The position numbers were made by a program, and so were the translations under genes. From Zootoca vivipara (Eukaryota), in assembly GCF_963506605.1 (NCBI RefSeq), contig NC_083279.1:100502001-100566000 (forward strand): DNA of 64,000 bases, in the 5' to 3' direction. Positions 48,681 to 64,000 of the stretch are shown one piece after another (within the stretch, counting starts at the first letter, position 1; each line of letters starts with the position of its first letter). A model generated the notes under the pieces. It worked only from the letters and a program-made list of their open reading frames with translations, did no database searches and was not told the origin of the DNA.

Positions 48681-50547
48681 TTATTTATTTATTTATTTAT
48701 TAGTACTACTGCTGCTGCCCTCCACCCATAGCTAGCATAGATACCAGACTTTTAGAAGACAGCTGTTTAGGGAAGCTTTTAATGTTCAATAGATTATTGC
48801 ATTTTAATGTTCTTTTGGAAGCTTCCCAGAGTAGCTGGGGAAACTCAGCCAAATGGCCGGGGTATAAATATGTTGTTGTTGTTGTTGTTTGTTGTTATTG
48901 TTTATTATCAGGGCAGCTCACAGCCTGAAACTACTAAGCACATGCTAAAAACTAGAACAAAGGCAAACCAAACCAAGCCAGCAACCCTCCTTCTCCCTTA
49001 TTTGTGAAACAAGTCTGTTAGTTGCCTATCCGACTGAAAAGAAAAAGGCACTGAAGGTTTTTAAGATCAATGCAAGCTAAAAAGCATTGCAAGGGGTTGG
49101 GCTAGATGACTCACAGGGTCCCTTCCAATTCTACGTTTTTCTGAAAAACACACATGCACGACCCAACTATGGTCCCTCTGACAGTCCTCGCCCCAAGCAA
49201 CTGTGTGTGAGATTTGCTTCCCAGAAAGTGTGCCTTGTCTTGGTACCTGTGGTTTCTGGTCTCTCCTCAGCCCCCTCCCCCCAATCTATTCATATTCCTT
49301 TCTCCCTAATCTTCAATATTACATTTTCGTCTGGTTGACACGATAAAACAGGAACCCCTAATTCCCAACTGTGTTTCTTACTTCTTCTACTCAGAAGTAA
49401 GGTCCTATTTGATTCAGCAGGGCTTACTCAGGTAAGTGCAGTTAAGGCTGCAGCCTTTGTAACTCAAGTTTTGGGTCCTTTTTAGGTTCAGGATGTCACT
49501 GCTTTACATCCACACCCACCCCAAACCCCACAATATTGAAAACTTCTGCTTTGTACTTGAACACAAATTGGCCGGGAACTTCATTCCCTGTGTCTTCATG
49601 CAGGAAGGAAGAAAAGGTGGGAAAGAGAGGCCAGGAATAAAGAGAGGGATCCCAGCCCATAATCTGGCTGCTGCATTGCGGACCAGTTTCCCATTCGTCT
49701 CCAAGGGCAGCTCCACACGGAGGTCACTGCAGCAATCCCCTCGCACCCAGAGCATGGCATCCCAGGACCACATCCTCTCTGTCCCGAAGGGATTGTTGCT
49801 GGAAAACCAGCCAAGCCAGAAATGGGCGCTGCTACTCACTGAGACTCCAGGGACCTTGGCATCCATGGCTATGTGTGTGTTAAGCTGTCTAACAGAATAA
49901 TAATAATAAATTACCCGCTTAAATTTCAAGGGAGATGTATTGGGCCCCACCCACCTGGCCCTCAGTGGGTTGGCCAGATACATACCTGGCCTTCAGAGCA
50001 AAGAAAAAGGGACCCCACCCCAGGAGTCTGTCTTGAGAGTGGCAGAGTCCAAGTGCAAGAAAAGGAGACAGAAGCAGGGGAGTGGGGGGGGAGCAACTCC
50101 TGAGGACCCCCGGATGAGGACCCCCACTAGAGCCAAGCATCCATTTTTCACAAGATAGAAATGACTCCCTTGTCAGTCAGTTCTGATTTCATGCATTGAT
50201 TGGAAGGCAGGACAAAACAGGCTGATTCATCTCCCAGAAATCCCTTCAGTTGCCTCCACATTTTGCATTGCAAGAGGGCTAGAGACTTACTTCTGTCCCT
50301 CTTCCTCATCCTCTTTCTTTTCAGAAAGATAACTACGGTTTGGGCTGTAGTGCAGTCCAGCCCTGGTTCCTAGCAAGACGCATCCATGCTTGCTTCAGGG
50401 AACCATTTCCTTCTCCTGATATTATACAACTTTTGTAACAGAACTTTGCTTTGTAGGATTTGCTAGAGCTTCTCATTCAGACAGACAGAAATTGGCAGAA
50501 GAGCAAAGGGTTCCTTCCGATCTCTCAGAGGCTTCCTGAGAGCACAG

Positions 50548-54820
<4,273 letters not shown>

Positions 54821-55728
54821 TGCTTGGAATGCGGAAAGAGCTTCAGAATAAAAGGCTTTCTCAGTTACCATCAAAGAATCCATTGAAAGTGTGGAAAACC
54901 CTTCGTTGTACAGCTTTTAGTGCCAGGGGAGAGCGCACCTCTTTAGCCAGGCCTTTGACTGACTGACATCTAATGTGGTTTTAAAATGTGGTTGGGAGGT
55001 GGATTACTGATGTGTATTTTGTTTTTATATTGTGTTTTTATGTTGTACCTGTCCTGAGACCCGTGGGTGTAAGAAATAAGAGCCAATTCTTAGAGGCCGA
55101 GGGGTCTTTGCCCCCACATAAAATATTTTGGGGGGCCACGCCCCAGTCCATTCCAATGGCATGCATGCATCATGTGACAAGGGCAGGAATAGTACCACTT
55201 TATTCTGCCTTGGTCAGGCCCCAGCTAGAATATTGTGTTCAATTCTGGGCACCACGATTTAAATATCTTAAATTTTCTTTGCCAGAGAAAATCAAGAAGG
55301 TGGAGGAACACAATCCATATTCCTTTTATAACACACAGCCAATGTTTATTGAACACAATATTTATTGATGATGACTTACTGTACCCAACCCTAACCCTGC
55401 GGAAAGCCATTTAATTAGACTTTCATTTGATTCTGACCTGTTTTTAGGAGGTAATTTGATTATTGTTTGATTTTATGTTATAATTTTGATGTTAGCCGCC
55501 CTGAGCTAACAGACTCCCCCCTGAGGGCGGGAGAGAAATAAAAGGTGGTTGTTGTTGTTGTTAAATTGTTAAGAGTGTTGCAGGAATCCACCCAGCACTC
55601 ATGGGAAAATGTATTGTGGTCTTCTGGAATACAGTGGTACCTCGGGTTATAGACATCTCGGGTTCCAGACACTTCAGGTTACAGACTCCACTAACCCGGA
55701 AGTAATACCTCGGGTTAAGAACTTTACC

Positions 55729-56997
55729 TTCTGTTGATGCCAGCCAAAGTTGAGCTCCAAAAACCTTAAGATGCTTAACAAAAGGCTTTTTCTGAAACAG
55801 AACCTCATAAGGTGAGCATTTCATACCTTTTGAGATCTTTCTGTTCAAATGATAACAGGAGGTTGATAGGCTCTCAGCCCAATTCTCTTGTAAACAAACA
55901 TTCAGTTTTGCCATCATGAAGAAAATTCATCCTTTCACAAAATTCTTTGAACCTTGCTAAGGTTTGCTGAGGCTTTTGCATTGTGTAAATCCATCCATAC
56001 TTAGAGTATGAATCTATGAACAGCATGTAATACTTGGCTTTGCCTCTAGACTGCAGCAAAGGCCCTAAAACATCATCATAAACTCGCTGAAAACATCTCG
56101 TGACTGTCTGTTTGGCCTTTGTGTCCTTGGACATCTCAGCACCTGTAAGAGAAATGTCAACATTTTGAGCATTACAATCGTGGGGGGGGGGGAGGACAGT
56201 AAAAACAATTCATCTTTTCCTTTTTCTGCAGTGAAGACAAGCTCCCCATCTTTGGAGACCACGCATTGTCTCTTGTGCATATTGGGTTCAAAACCCTTCT
56301 CTGTGAGTTGATGCACGCTCAGCAAATTGAACTGAAGACCTGGAACATAATAGACATTGTTTATTGTCAGCTGTAAACTCTGCCAATAAACAGATCCACA
56401 TCCGGACGATTTGAGATGCTTTCCATCTGCTTGTGTCACGTTGTAGTCCAGCTTCTTAAATGTCTGGAATAAACGCTTATTTCCAGTCATGTGGTTTGAG
56501 GCACCACTGTCTATTACAAAAGAAAGGTCAGTGTCTGACACGCCTTGTGTAAGCAATGCAAACGTACGCGCTGCTTGGGGTTTGGCACGACCCTTGCCTG
56601 CAGCCCCAGTGGCCTGTTGGCTCTCCTTGGGACCTTTTTTGGGGGGGCTTCCTGCAGGTTTTAAGACTGTGCCCTTTGCACCCACAGTTCGTGCAGCGTA
56701 CAACTTTGAGAGCGTGTGCTTGCTCTGTTGAGGCATTTGGTGGGGATGATGTCATCTTGGATCCATTCCCTTCACTGGCCTCTTGAGCACCACAGCGATC
56801 CTCCTCATTAAGTAATGTGGAGCAGATTCTATTGATGGGTTAAATCCCTCACTGGGAGGGCCCTGAGTTGAGACGCTATGGAGGCGTAGCCATCATGCAG
56901 GCTATTAAGAATCATTAAACAAAACATGTCTTCTTGCAATTGCATGCCGCGTTGAGCTAATTGGCTTCTCAACTCTTTCATCTGCGTGAGATGAGAT
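55729..56997 (-). pseudogene. Degenerate Ty1/copia gag-PR-IN fragment (second family)
   Basis: LQSHLTQMKELRSQL (gag), CTNCGCKGHSLKTC, FVIDSGASNHMT, FIDSYSKY, SPYEVLFQKKPFVKHLKVFG; frameshifted; abuts a Tigger-like piece at 55632-55725. Confidence 0.88.
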
Positions 56998-57001
56998 TGC
57001 A

Positions 57002-59190
57002 AATATAATTGAATAATATGATAAATAAGGATCAGGCGGGATTTCTCCCAAATAGATTTATGTATGATAATATCAGGAACATCATTAATATCTTAGAGCA
57101 TTTAGGTTTGAGGTTCAATAAAAAAAGTCGCAATTAATAATAAATAATGAGATAACAGGAGGAATACAAATACAGAGAGGAACTAGGCAAGGCTGTCCAC
57201 TATCCCCGTTATTATTTATTTTATGTTTGGAATTTTTATTGAAAAACCTGAGGGAAGAAACCAGGATAAAGGGTATAAAAATTGGAAAAGATATACACAA
57301 GGTTAAAGCATTTGCGGATGACGTCATAGTTAGTGTGGAAGACCCAGTCGAAAGCATCCCAAGAACCATTGAAAAAATTAGAGAATTTGGTGAGTTAGCA
57401 GGATTTGATATAAATATGAAAAAGACAAATTTGATAACCAAGAATATGTCAAAAGAGGAAAACAGGCAATTAAAAGAAATAACAGGCTTGGAGGTGGTAA
57501 AGAAAATATTTAAATATTTGGGAATATGGATAACAAACAACACAAATAATTTGGTAAAAGATAATTATATAAAAGTCTGGAAGGAGGTAAAGAGGGATCT
57601 GGAAAATTGGAATACATTAAATTTGACACTATTAGGTAAAATAGCTGCAGTAAATTTTTATTTTTATTTTTTGAAAAAACCTTTATTTACTTATAAAAAT
57701 TACAGAAAAAAAATCATAAGAAAATACATACAAAAGCACATATTATTCAATTACACAAACAAAACAAAACAAAACAAAATATATATAGCAAGTAAACAAT
57801 AATAGCTGCAGTAAAAATGAACGTCCTGCCGCGAATGCTTTTCTTGTTCCAGATGCTACCGATATTGGGTATGGGGAATAACATCTTTAAACAATGGAGA
57901 ACGGATTTGATAAAATTCATATGGAATAAAAAAGTAGCTAGGATAAATTACAAATTATTAACAGAGTCAAAAGAGAGGGGGGGGATTGGCTTTACCAAAT
58001 CTCAAATTATATCATGATGTGGCAAGTTTTTTATGGTTAAAAGATTGGATTACCCTAAAAAATCATGAAATATTAGATCTTGAAGGAATTGGCAATAAAT
58101 TTAGTTGGCATGCCTACTTAGTGGATGGGAAGGTCAGAGTACACAAAGGGTTCAACAATCATCTAATCAAGAAGTCCCTCTTAAAAACTTGGGAAAACTA
58201 TAGACGATTGCTGGAACCAAAAACACCGAAATGGGCATCGCCAATTGAAATAATTACAATAAAGACATTAAATTCAGATGGAAAATGGGGGAAGTATGTA
58301 GATTTATTGGAAGAAAAGGAAGGCAAATTTAGACTCAAAAAATATGAAGAAATAAAACAATATTTAACAGGGTGGTTGCAGTATCATCAAATAAACAGCA
58401 GATTTAAGGAGGACTACTCCAAAAATGGCTTCCAGATTGAACCCTCCTTATTAGAAATTAACTTATTGCAAGGGGATCGGAAAATTATAACCAAGATGTA
58501 CAAGGTGTTATTGGAATGGGAATTAAAGGATGAAGCAGTAAAGGAGACGGTGACCAAATGGGCGATAGATCTGGGGAAACCCATAGAAATGGAGAGCTGG
58601 AAAAGGTTATGGAAAATCTCGTGGAGATTCATGGCGTCAGAGGGGATTAAGGAAAACATGGTTAAAATGTTTTACAAGTGGTACCTCACGCCGGTAAAAA
58701 TAAATAAAATGTACAGAACTAAAGACAACCTCTGTTGGAGATGTAAGAAAGAAGTAGGGACATTTGTACATATATGGTGGCATTGTGACAAAGTTAAATT
58801 ATTTTGGAATGTAATATTGGAGGAATTGAAAAAGATATGTAAATATAACATTAAAAGAAGTCCAGAATTTTTTCTATTAGGAATGGTAGGGGAGGATATC
58901 AAAAAACAAGATGAAAAAATATGTTTATATGCCATAGCAGCAGCAAGAATCCTATTGGCAAAATATTGGAAAAAAGAAGAAACTCCCAATATCAAAGAGT
59001 GGCAAGAAAAATTATTAGGCTATGTGGAATTAGATAAATTAACAAATGTAATTAGGGGAGGTAGTGGGGAAAACTTTGTCCAAAATTGGGGGGAAATTGG
59101 AGAGTATCTTAAAAAGCAGTGCCCCATGATAAAAACTTGGATTTGCTTTTAACACCTCGCATAGAGTGAAATTTGAATAACAAAAGAAAC
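57002..59190 (+). mobile_element. 5'-truncated L1/Tx1-clade LINE (ORF2 RT to C-terminal Cys-rich domain), disrupted
   Basis: GTRQGCPLSPLLF, AFADD, FKYLGI, CWRC..H..WHC. Antisense insertion at 57655-57800 with TSD AATAGCTGCAGTAAA; frameshift in a G-run near 57980. Confidence 0.9.
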
Positions 59191-59201
59191 AGTGCAAAAA
59201 G

Positions 59202-60615
59202 GTTGTTGTTTAGTCGTTTAGTCCGACTCTTCGTGACCCCATGGACCAGAGCACGCCAGGCACTCCTGTCTTCCACTGCCTCCCGCAGTTTGGTCAAACT
59301 CATGTTCGTAGCTTCGAGAACACTGTCCAACCATCTCGTCCTCTGTCGTCCCCTTCTCCTAGTGCCCTCCATCTTTCCCAACATCAGGGTCTTTTCCAGG
59401 GAGTCTTCTCTTCTCATGAGGTGGCCAAAGTATTAGAGCCTCAGCTTCAGGATCTGTCCTTCCAGGTAGCACTCAGGGCTGATTTCCTTCAGAAGGGATA
59501 GGTTTGATCTTCTTGTAGTCCATGGGACTCTCAAGAGTCTCCTCCAGCACCATAATTCAAAAGCATCCATTCTTTGGCGATCAGCCTTCTTTATGGTCCA
59601 GCTCTCACTTCCATACATCACTACTGGGGAAACCCTAGCTTTAACTATACGGACCTTTGTAGGCAAGGTGATGTCTCTGCTTTTTAAGATGCTGTCTAGG
59701 TTTGTCATTGCTTTTCTCCCAAGAAGCAGGCGTCTTTTAATTTCGTGACTGCTGTCACCATCTGCAGTGATCAAGGAGCCCAAGAAAGTAAAATCTCTCA
59801 CTGCCTCCATTTCTTCCCCTTCTATTTGCCAGGAGGTGATGGGACCAGTGGCCATGATCTTGGTTTTTTTGATGTTGAGCTTCAGACCATATTTTGCACT
59901 CTCCTCTTTCACCCTCATTAAAAGGTTCTTTAATTCCTCCTCACTTTCTGCCATCAAGGTTGTGTCATCTGCATATCTGAGGTTGTTGATATTTCTTCCG
60001 GCAATCTTAATTCCGTCTTGGGATTCATCTAGTCCAGCCTTTCGCATGATGAATTCTGCATATAAGTTAAATAAGCAGGGAGACAAGATACAACCGTGTC
60101 GTACTCCTTTCCCAATTTTGAACCAAAGGCTTTTGCATAGTCGATGAAGCAGAAGTAGAAGTCTTTCTGGAACTCTCTAGCTTTCTCCATAATCCAGCGC
60201 ATGTTTGCTATTTGGTCTCTGGTTCCTCTGCCCCTTCGAAATCCAGCTTGCACTTCTGGGAGTTCTCGGTCCACATACTGCCTAAGCCTGCCTTGTAGAA
60301 TTTTAAGCATAACCTTGCTAGCGTGTGAAATGAGCGCAATTGTGCGGTAGTTGGAGCATTCTTTGGCACTGCCCTTCTTTGGAATTGGGATGTAGACTGA
60401 TCTTCTCCAATCCTCTGGCCATTGCTGAGTTTTCCAAACTTGCTGGCATATTGGGTGTAGCACCTTAACAGCATCATCTTTTAAAATTTTAAATAGTTCA
60501 GCTGGAATATCATCACTTCCACTGGCCTTGTTATTAGCAATGCTTTCTAAGGCCCATTTGACTTCACTCTCCAAGATGTCTGGCTCAAGGTCAGCAACCA
60601 CACTACCTGGGGTGT
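59202..60615 (-). mobile_element. BovB (RTE) LINE, 5'-truncated with internal RT deletion
   Basis: NYRTIALISHASK, FIDYAKAF joined directly to the WFKIGKGVRQGC region near 60125, LRYADD, (CAA)n tail. Confidence 0.93.
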
Positions 60616-61005
60616 ATGAGACCTCCATATCTTCTGCAAAAAGGTATGAAGCTGTTAACCCAGGTAGAGGACAAGCGGAAGTCAGTTGTCCCCACTGCAC
60701 CCCCCCCCCAGGGTGCAGTGGGGAGACTGTTGGGATCCACAGAATGCTGTGTGAGATAGTAAGTCTGCAGGCCTGAGTGTACTACAGGTAGTAAAGTGAA
60801 ACTGGCTGATGCAATACTTTCTATGGGAGTGCTGGGTCAGAATGACTCAGCAGTAATGTGCTGTCAGTTGATTGGCTGTCAGTGGTTTAAAAGGGAAACC
60901 TTTCCTGAAATGGTTACAGGTAGGTAGCCGTGTTGGTCTGGATCGAAGTAAAATAAAAAAAATTCCTTCAGTAGCACCTTAAAGACCAACTAAGTTTTTA
61001 TTTTG

Positions 61006-61043
61006 GTATGAGCTTTCGTGTGCATGCACACTTCTTCAGATAC
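61006..61043 (-). ncRNA. Minimal type I hammerhead ribozyme
   Basis: Reverse complement of 61579-61616. Confidence 0.8.
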
Positions 61044-61578
61044 AGTGAAATGGAAGTTTCCAGGCACTTATGTAGAGAAGGGGTGGGGAGGGGTGGGGAT
61101 GGGGAGGGGGGATCACTCAGAAGGGTGGTGGAAATGGGTGATTGACTGACTGATAGCTGTTGATGACCGCAAACGACTGCAAATGGTTTTGCATGAAAAA
61201 GCAAGGGTGGAGATGGCTGAAGATCGCTTATCATGTATAATGAGATAAGAACCCGATATCTCTGTTCAAACCAGGTCCCTCCATGGTTTTGAGCTTGGTG
61301 ATAAGTTGCAATTCAGCTTATCACCAAGCTCAAAACCATGGAGGGACCTGGTTTGAACAGAGATATCGGGTTCTTATCTCATTATACATGATAAGCGATC
61401 TTCAGCCATCTCCACCCTTGCTTTTTCATGCAAAACCATTTGCAGTCGTTTGCGGTCATCAACAGCTATCAGTCAGTCAATCACCCATTTCCACCACCCT
61501 TCTGAGTGATCCCCCCTCCCCATCCCCACCCCTCCCCACCCCTTCTCTACATAAGTGCCTGGAAACTTCCATTTCACT

Positions 61579-61616
61579 GTATCTGAAGAAGTGTGCATGC
61601 ACACGAAAGCTCATAC
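61579..61616 (+). ncRNA. Minimal type I hammerhead ribozyme
   Basis: GTAT-CTGAAGA-A-GTGTGC(AT)GCACAC-GAA-AGCT-C-ATAC: stem I, catalytic core, stem II, palindromic AGCU in place of stem III. Confidence 0.82.
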
Positions 61617-62170
61617 CAAAATAAAAACTTAGTTGGTCTTTAAGGTGCTACTGAAGGAATTTTTTTTACTTTCCTGAAATGACTGTGGTATGGTGGTGTT
61701 GTAGAAGGGTGTGGTCAGTGAGAGGTTTAGAGAGTGTATGAACTGCTTGTGTATGAACTGCCTGTAGATATTTGTATATAGCTCACAATAAATATACTGC
61801 ACTAAAGAAACTGGAACTCTTAACATCTCTGCTAAAGCACCGTGAAGGTATATTAGCATAAAAAGCATGCATAAGAAAGTATTACTCATTAATGATGAGA
61901 ATATAATTTATTTATTTTGAACTTCGCTTGGTTCCTCCTTGGTAGCCAGTGTGATTTTTTCAGCAGGGCTAGAACTCAGGACTGGCTGCCTTGAGGGACA
62001 TCTAAAAACAGTTTGGCAGGGGAAAGGTCTCCCTTGGGAGGTGGTGGGCTCTCCTTCCTTGGAGGTTTCTAAGCAGAGATCGGACGGCCACCTGCCATTA
62101 ATGTTTTAGCTGAGATTCCTGCATTGCAGGAGCAGGACTAGATGACCCTAGGGTCCCCTCCTATCTCTCC

Positions 62171-62503
62171 TGAAATATACTCGGAGTCGAGAGTGAATTT
62201 CATGCTCTTTATTCAGCTTGTAGTAGCAAAAGGAGAAGAAGAGAAGGAATGGCTTTCGCAAAACATCTGCTTATATACATTATTTACACAATGGGCCTTG
62301 CGTGATTGGCTACTTCAGGGCTGCACCTGTAGGCCAATCAGGTTGCGGATTCACTTCTGCCAGCAGCTTGATTGGCTGCTCCTGCAGGCCAATCAGGTTG
62401 CTGATTCACTTCCACCTGGAGCTGGATTGGGTGGCTCCTGCGGACCAATCAGACTGCTGCATTCTGGATCCCTTTGTTCTTGGATTCAGCTCAGAACATA
62501 ACA
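62171..62503 (-). mobile_element. Putative solo LTR
   Basis: TG...CA, (T/C)CTCC flanks, three repeated ATTGG/CCAAT modules, TATA and AATAAA on the minus strand. Confidence 0.6.
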
Positions 62504-62785
62504 CCTCCCATTCTGAATTCTAGGCTGAGGTTCCTTGCTTCCTGCAAAGCCCTTTCCCCTGCAAGTTGTTCCTTCACTTTCTGGCCAAGGGAGGGAGATG
62601 TTCAGAGTCCAACCAAGACCCCCAACCCCAAAAGTATATCTCAGCATTGACGTAGCCAGGGGGGCTGCTGCCCCCCCCATCCATAAAAAATAATAAATAG
62701 CTGAGGTTCTGCCAAGCGAGAGAGGGCTCAGCTGGGTGGACTCAGCTTTGCAAGGGTTAAAGGGAACTGAACTGTCTTCCTACAG

Positions 62786-62992
62786 GTAGGTAGCCGTGTT
62801 GGTCTGGATCGAAGTAAAATAAAAAAATTCCTTCAGTAGCACCTTAAAGACCAACTAAGTTTTTATTTTGGTATGAGCTTTCGTGTGCATGCACACTTGG
62901 TATCTGAAGAAGTGTGCATGCACACGAAAGCTCATACCAAAATAAAAACTTAGTTGGTCTTTAAGGTGCTACTGAAGGAATTTTTTTATTTT
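62786..62992. mobile_element. Minimal Penelope-like fold-back
   Basis: 86-bp inverted arms (62813-62898 / 62910-62995), 15-bp TSD ACTGTCTTCCTACAG. Confidence 0.9.
62897..62940 (+). ncRNA. Hammerhead ribozyme with extended stem I
   Basis: TTGGTAT-CTGAAGA-A-GTGTGCATGCACAC-GAAAGCTC-ATACCAA. Confidence 0.8.
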
Positions 62993-64000
62993 ACTGTCTT
63001 CCTACAGAGGACAAGAAGCAGGGGGGGCAGGTCCTCCAGAGCCAAGGCCCCTCCCTCCCCAGTCCTTCACGCACAGGCGCAGCATAAATTAATAAGGCAG
63101 AGTCTTCATCAGTAAATGAATAAAACTTTACTGAGCTAAAATAAACTTGTTTGCAAATAAGAGCACAGTGAACAGAAGACTAAACTAGGCTAGAGAGCAT
63201 ACATGGAGCTCATTACAGTTCTTTCCTGGCTACACAAACACACACACACTGACACACACACAAATGAAGTGACTGAGTCTCCCTGCAAGAATACAGAGTG
63301 TTGTGTATTGAGTCAAAGGATTTTATATCTGTATTATTATTGTCTGTATTTGCATTAGGATAAAGTAACTGCCTTTTGGTTCCAGAGGGTACAGCTACTA
63401 TTGGTTCATTTAAGCTGCTGTATTTGGATCCTCTGTCTTCTTGGTTTCCTCCAAAAGGCAGCACTGTGATTGCCTGATATTGTTCCCTCCAAAAGGTATC
63501 CTTTTCTAGCTAGTTCCCTGTCCCTATAAATGTAGCCTTCCTGCCCTCACAGTCAGTCTTGTTCACTTTAATAAAGAGCTGTTACTAGAGAACTGTCTCC
63601 AGCATGTTATGTCAAGAGAGCTGAAGCCTGAAATCACAAACCCCACGTCACAACACAGAGAATGGGTCGTTCTCAATATGAGTGACAGTGATTCAGCATG
63701 CTGAACGATTCCTGCAGCTTTTCAGCATTTCCCAACACTTTCTCGATTCCTCTACTGATTCTGTTCTCAAATACCTTTGTCGCATGAGCTCAGCTCAATT
63801 TGGAGGACAAGTGAGACAAAGGAGGAGAGCGAAAGTGTCGGCCGGAGCAAGGATACAATGGATCTGGTCTTGGCCCAATGTTAGCCTAGGTGGAAACTCC
63901 AGAAGGAAAGGAAAGGAAAGGAAAGCAGGAGGCGTCCCCCCAAAAAGCAATGCGCCAGGCCAGCCAGAGAGAAAAACGCGGAAGGCAGAGCTGGACGAGC

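Larger units (their letters stand above)
60913..61668. mobile_element. Penelope-like (Poseidon-type) 3' fragment with inverted pseudo-LTR
   Basis: 352-bp inverted arms (60954-61305 / 61317-61668), GIY-YIG C-terminus AELQLITKLKTMEGPGLNRDIGFLSHYT*, 13-bp TSD CTTTCCTGAAATG. Confidence 0.9.

Noticed and set aside
59202-60615. BovB as a new horizontal transfer
   Set aside because: BovB in squamates and its horizontal spread are well known.

Overview
Vertebrate genomic DNA, most likely a squamate and probably a lacertid-type lizard. This is inferred from the repeat content: Sauria SINE, BovB, Squam-type SINEs, CR1 with (TTCTATGA)n tails and L2 with microsatellite tails. The window spans the junction of a class I olfactory receptor cluster and a C2H2 zinc-finger locus. 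Genes: three tandem OR51E2-like genes on the minus strand (the first runs off the left edge), each with a candidate O/E + TATA promoter and non-coding first exon; one divergent intact OR51-family gene on the plus strand; and a 5-coding-exon SCAN-KRAB-C2H2 gene (about 810 aa) whose finger array has a recently amplified two-finger unit. Much of the rest is transposable element, often nested: a very young Ty1/copia provirus (LTRs differ at 1 of 372 nt, 5-bp TSD, half-tRNA-iMet PBS, two 1-nt frameshifts), a full-length CR1 with intact ORF1/ORF2 and tandem 305-bp 5' monomers, a degenerate second copia, L1/Tx1, BovB and L2 pieces, many hAT and Tc1/Tigger MITEs, a non-autonomous Helitron just upstream of the plus-strand OR, and Penelope-like fold-backs carrying minimal hammerhead ribozymes. 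I see no clearly new multi-gene system. The best leads are the ribozyme-bearing palindromes, a fold-back made of two inverted LTR ends, the Helitron as a possible OR promoter/first exon, pocket-residue divergence among the OR51E2 copies, and PRDM9-like evolution of the zinc-finger array. All coordinates and alignments were read by eye.
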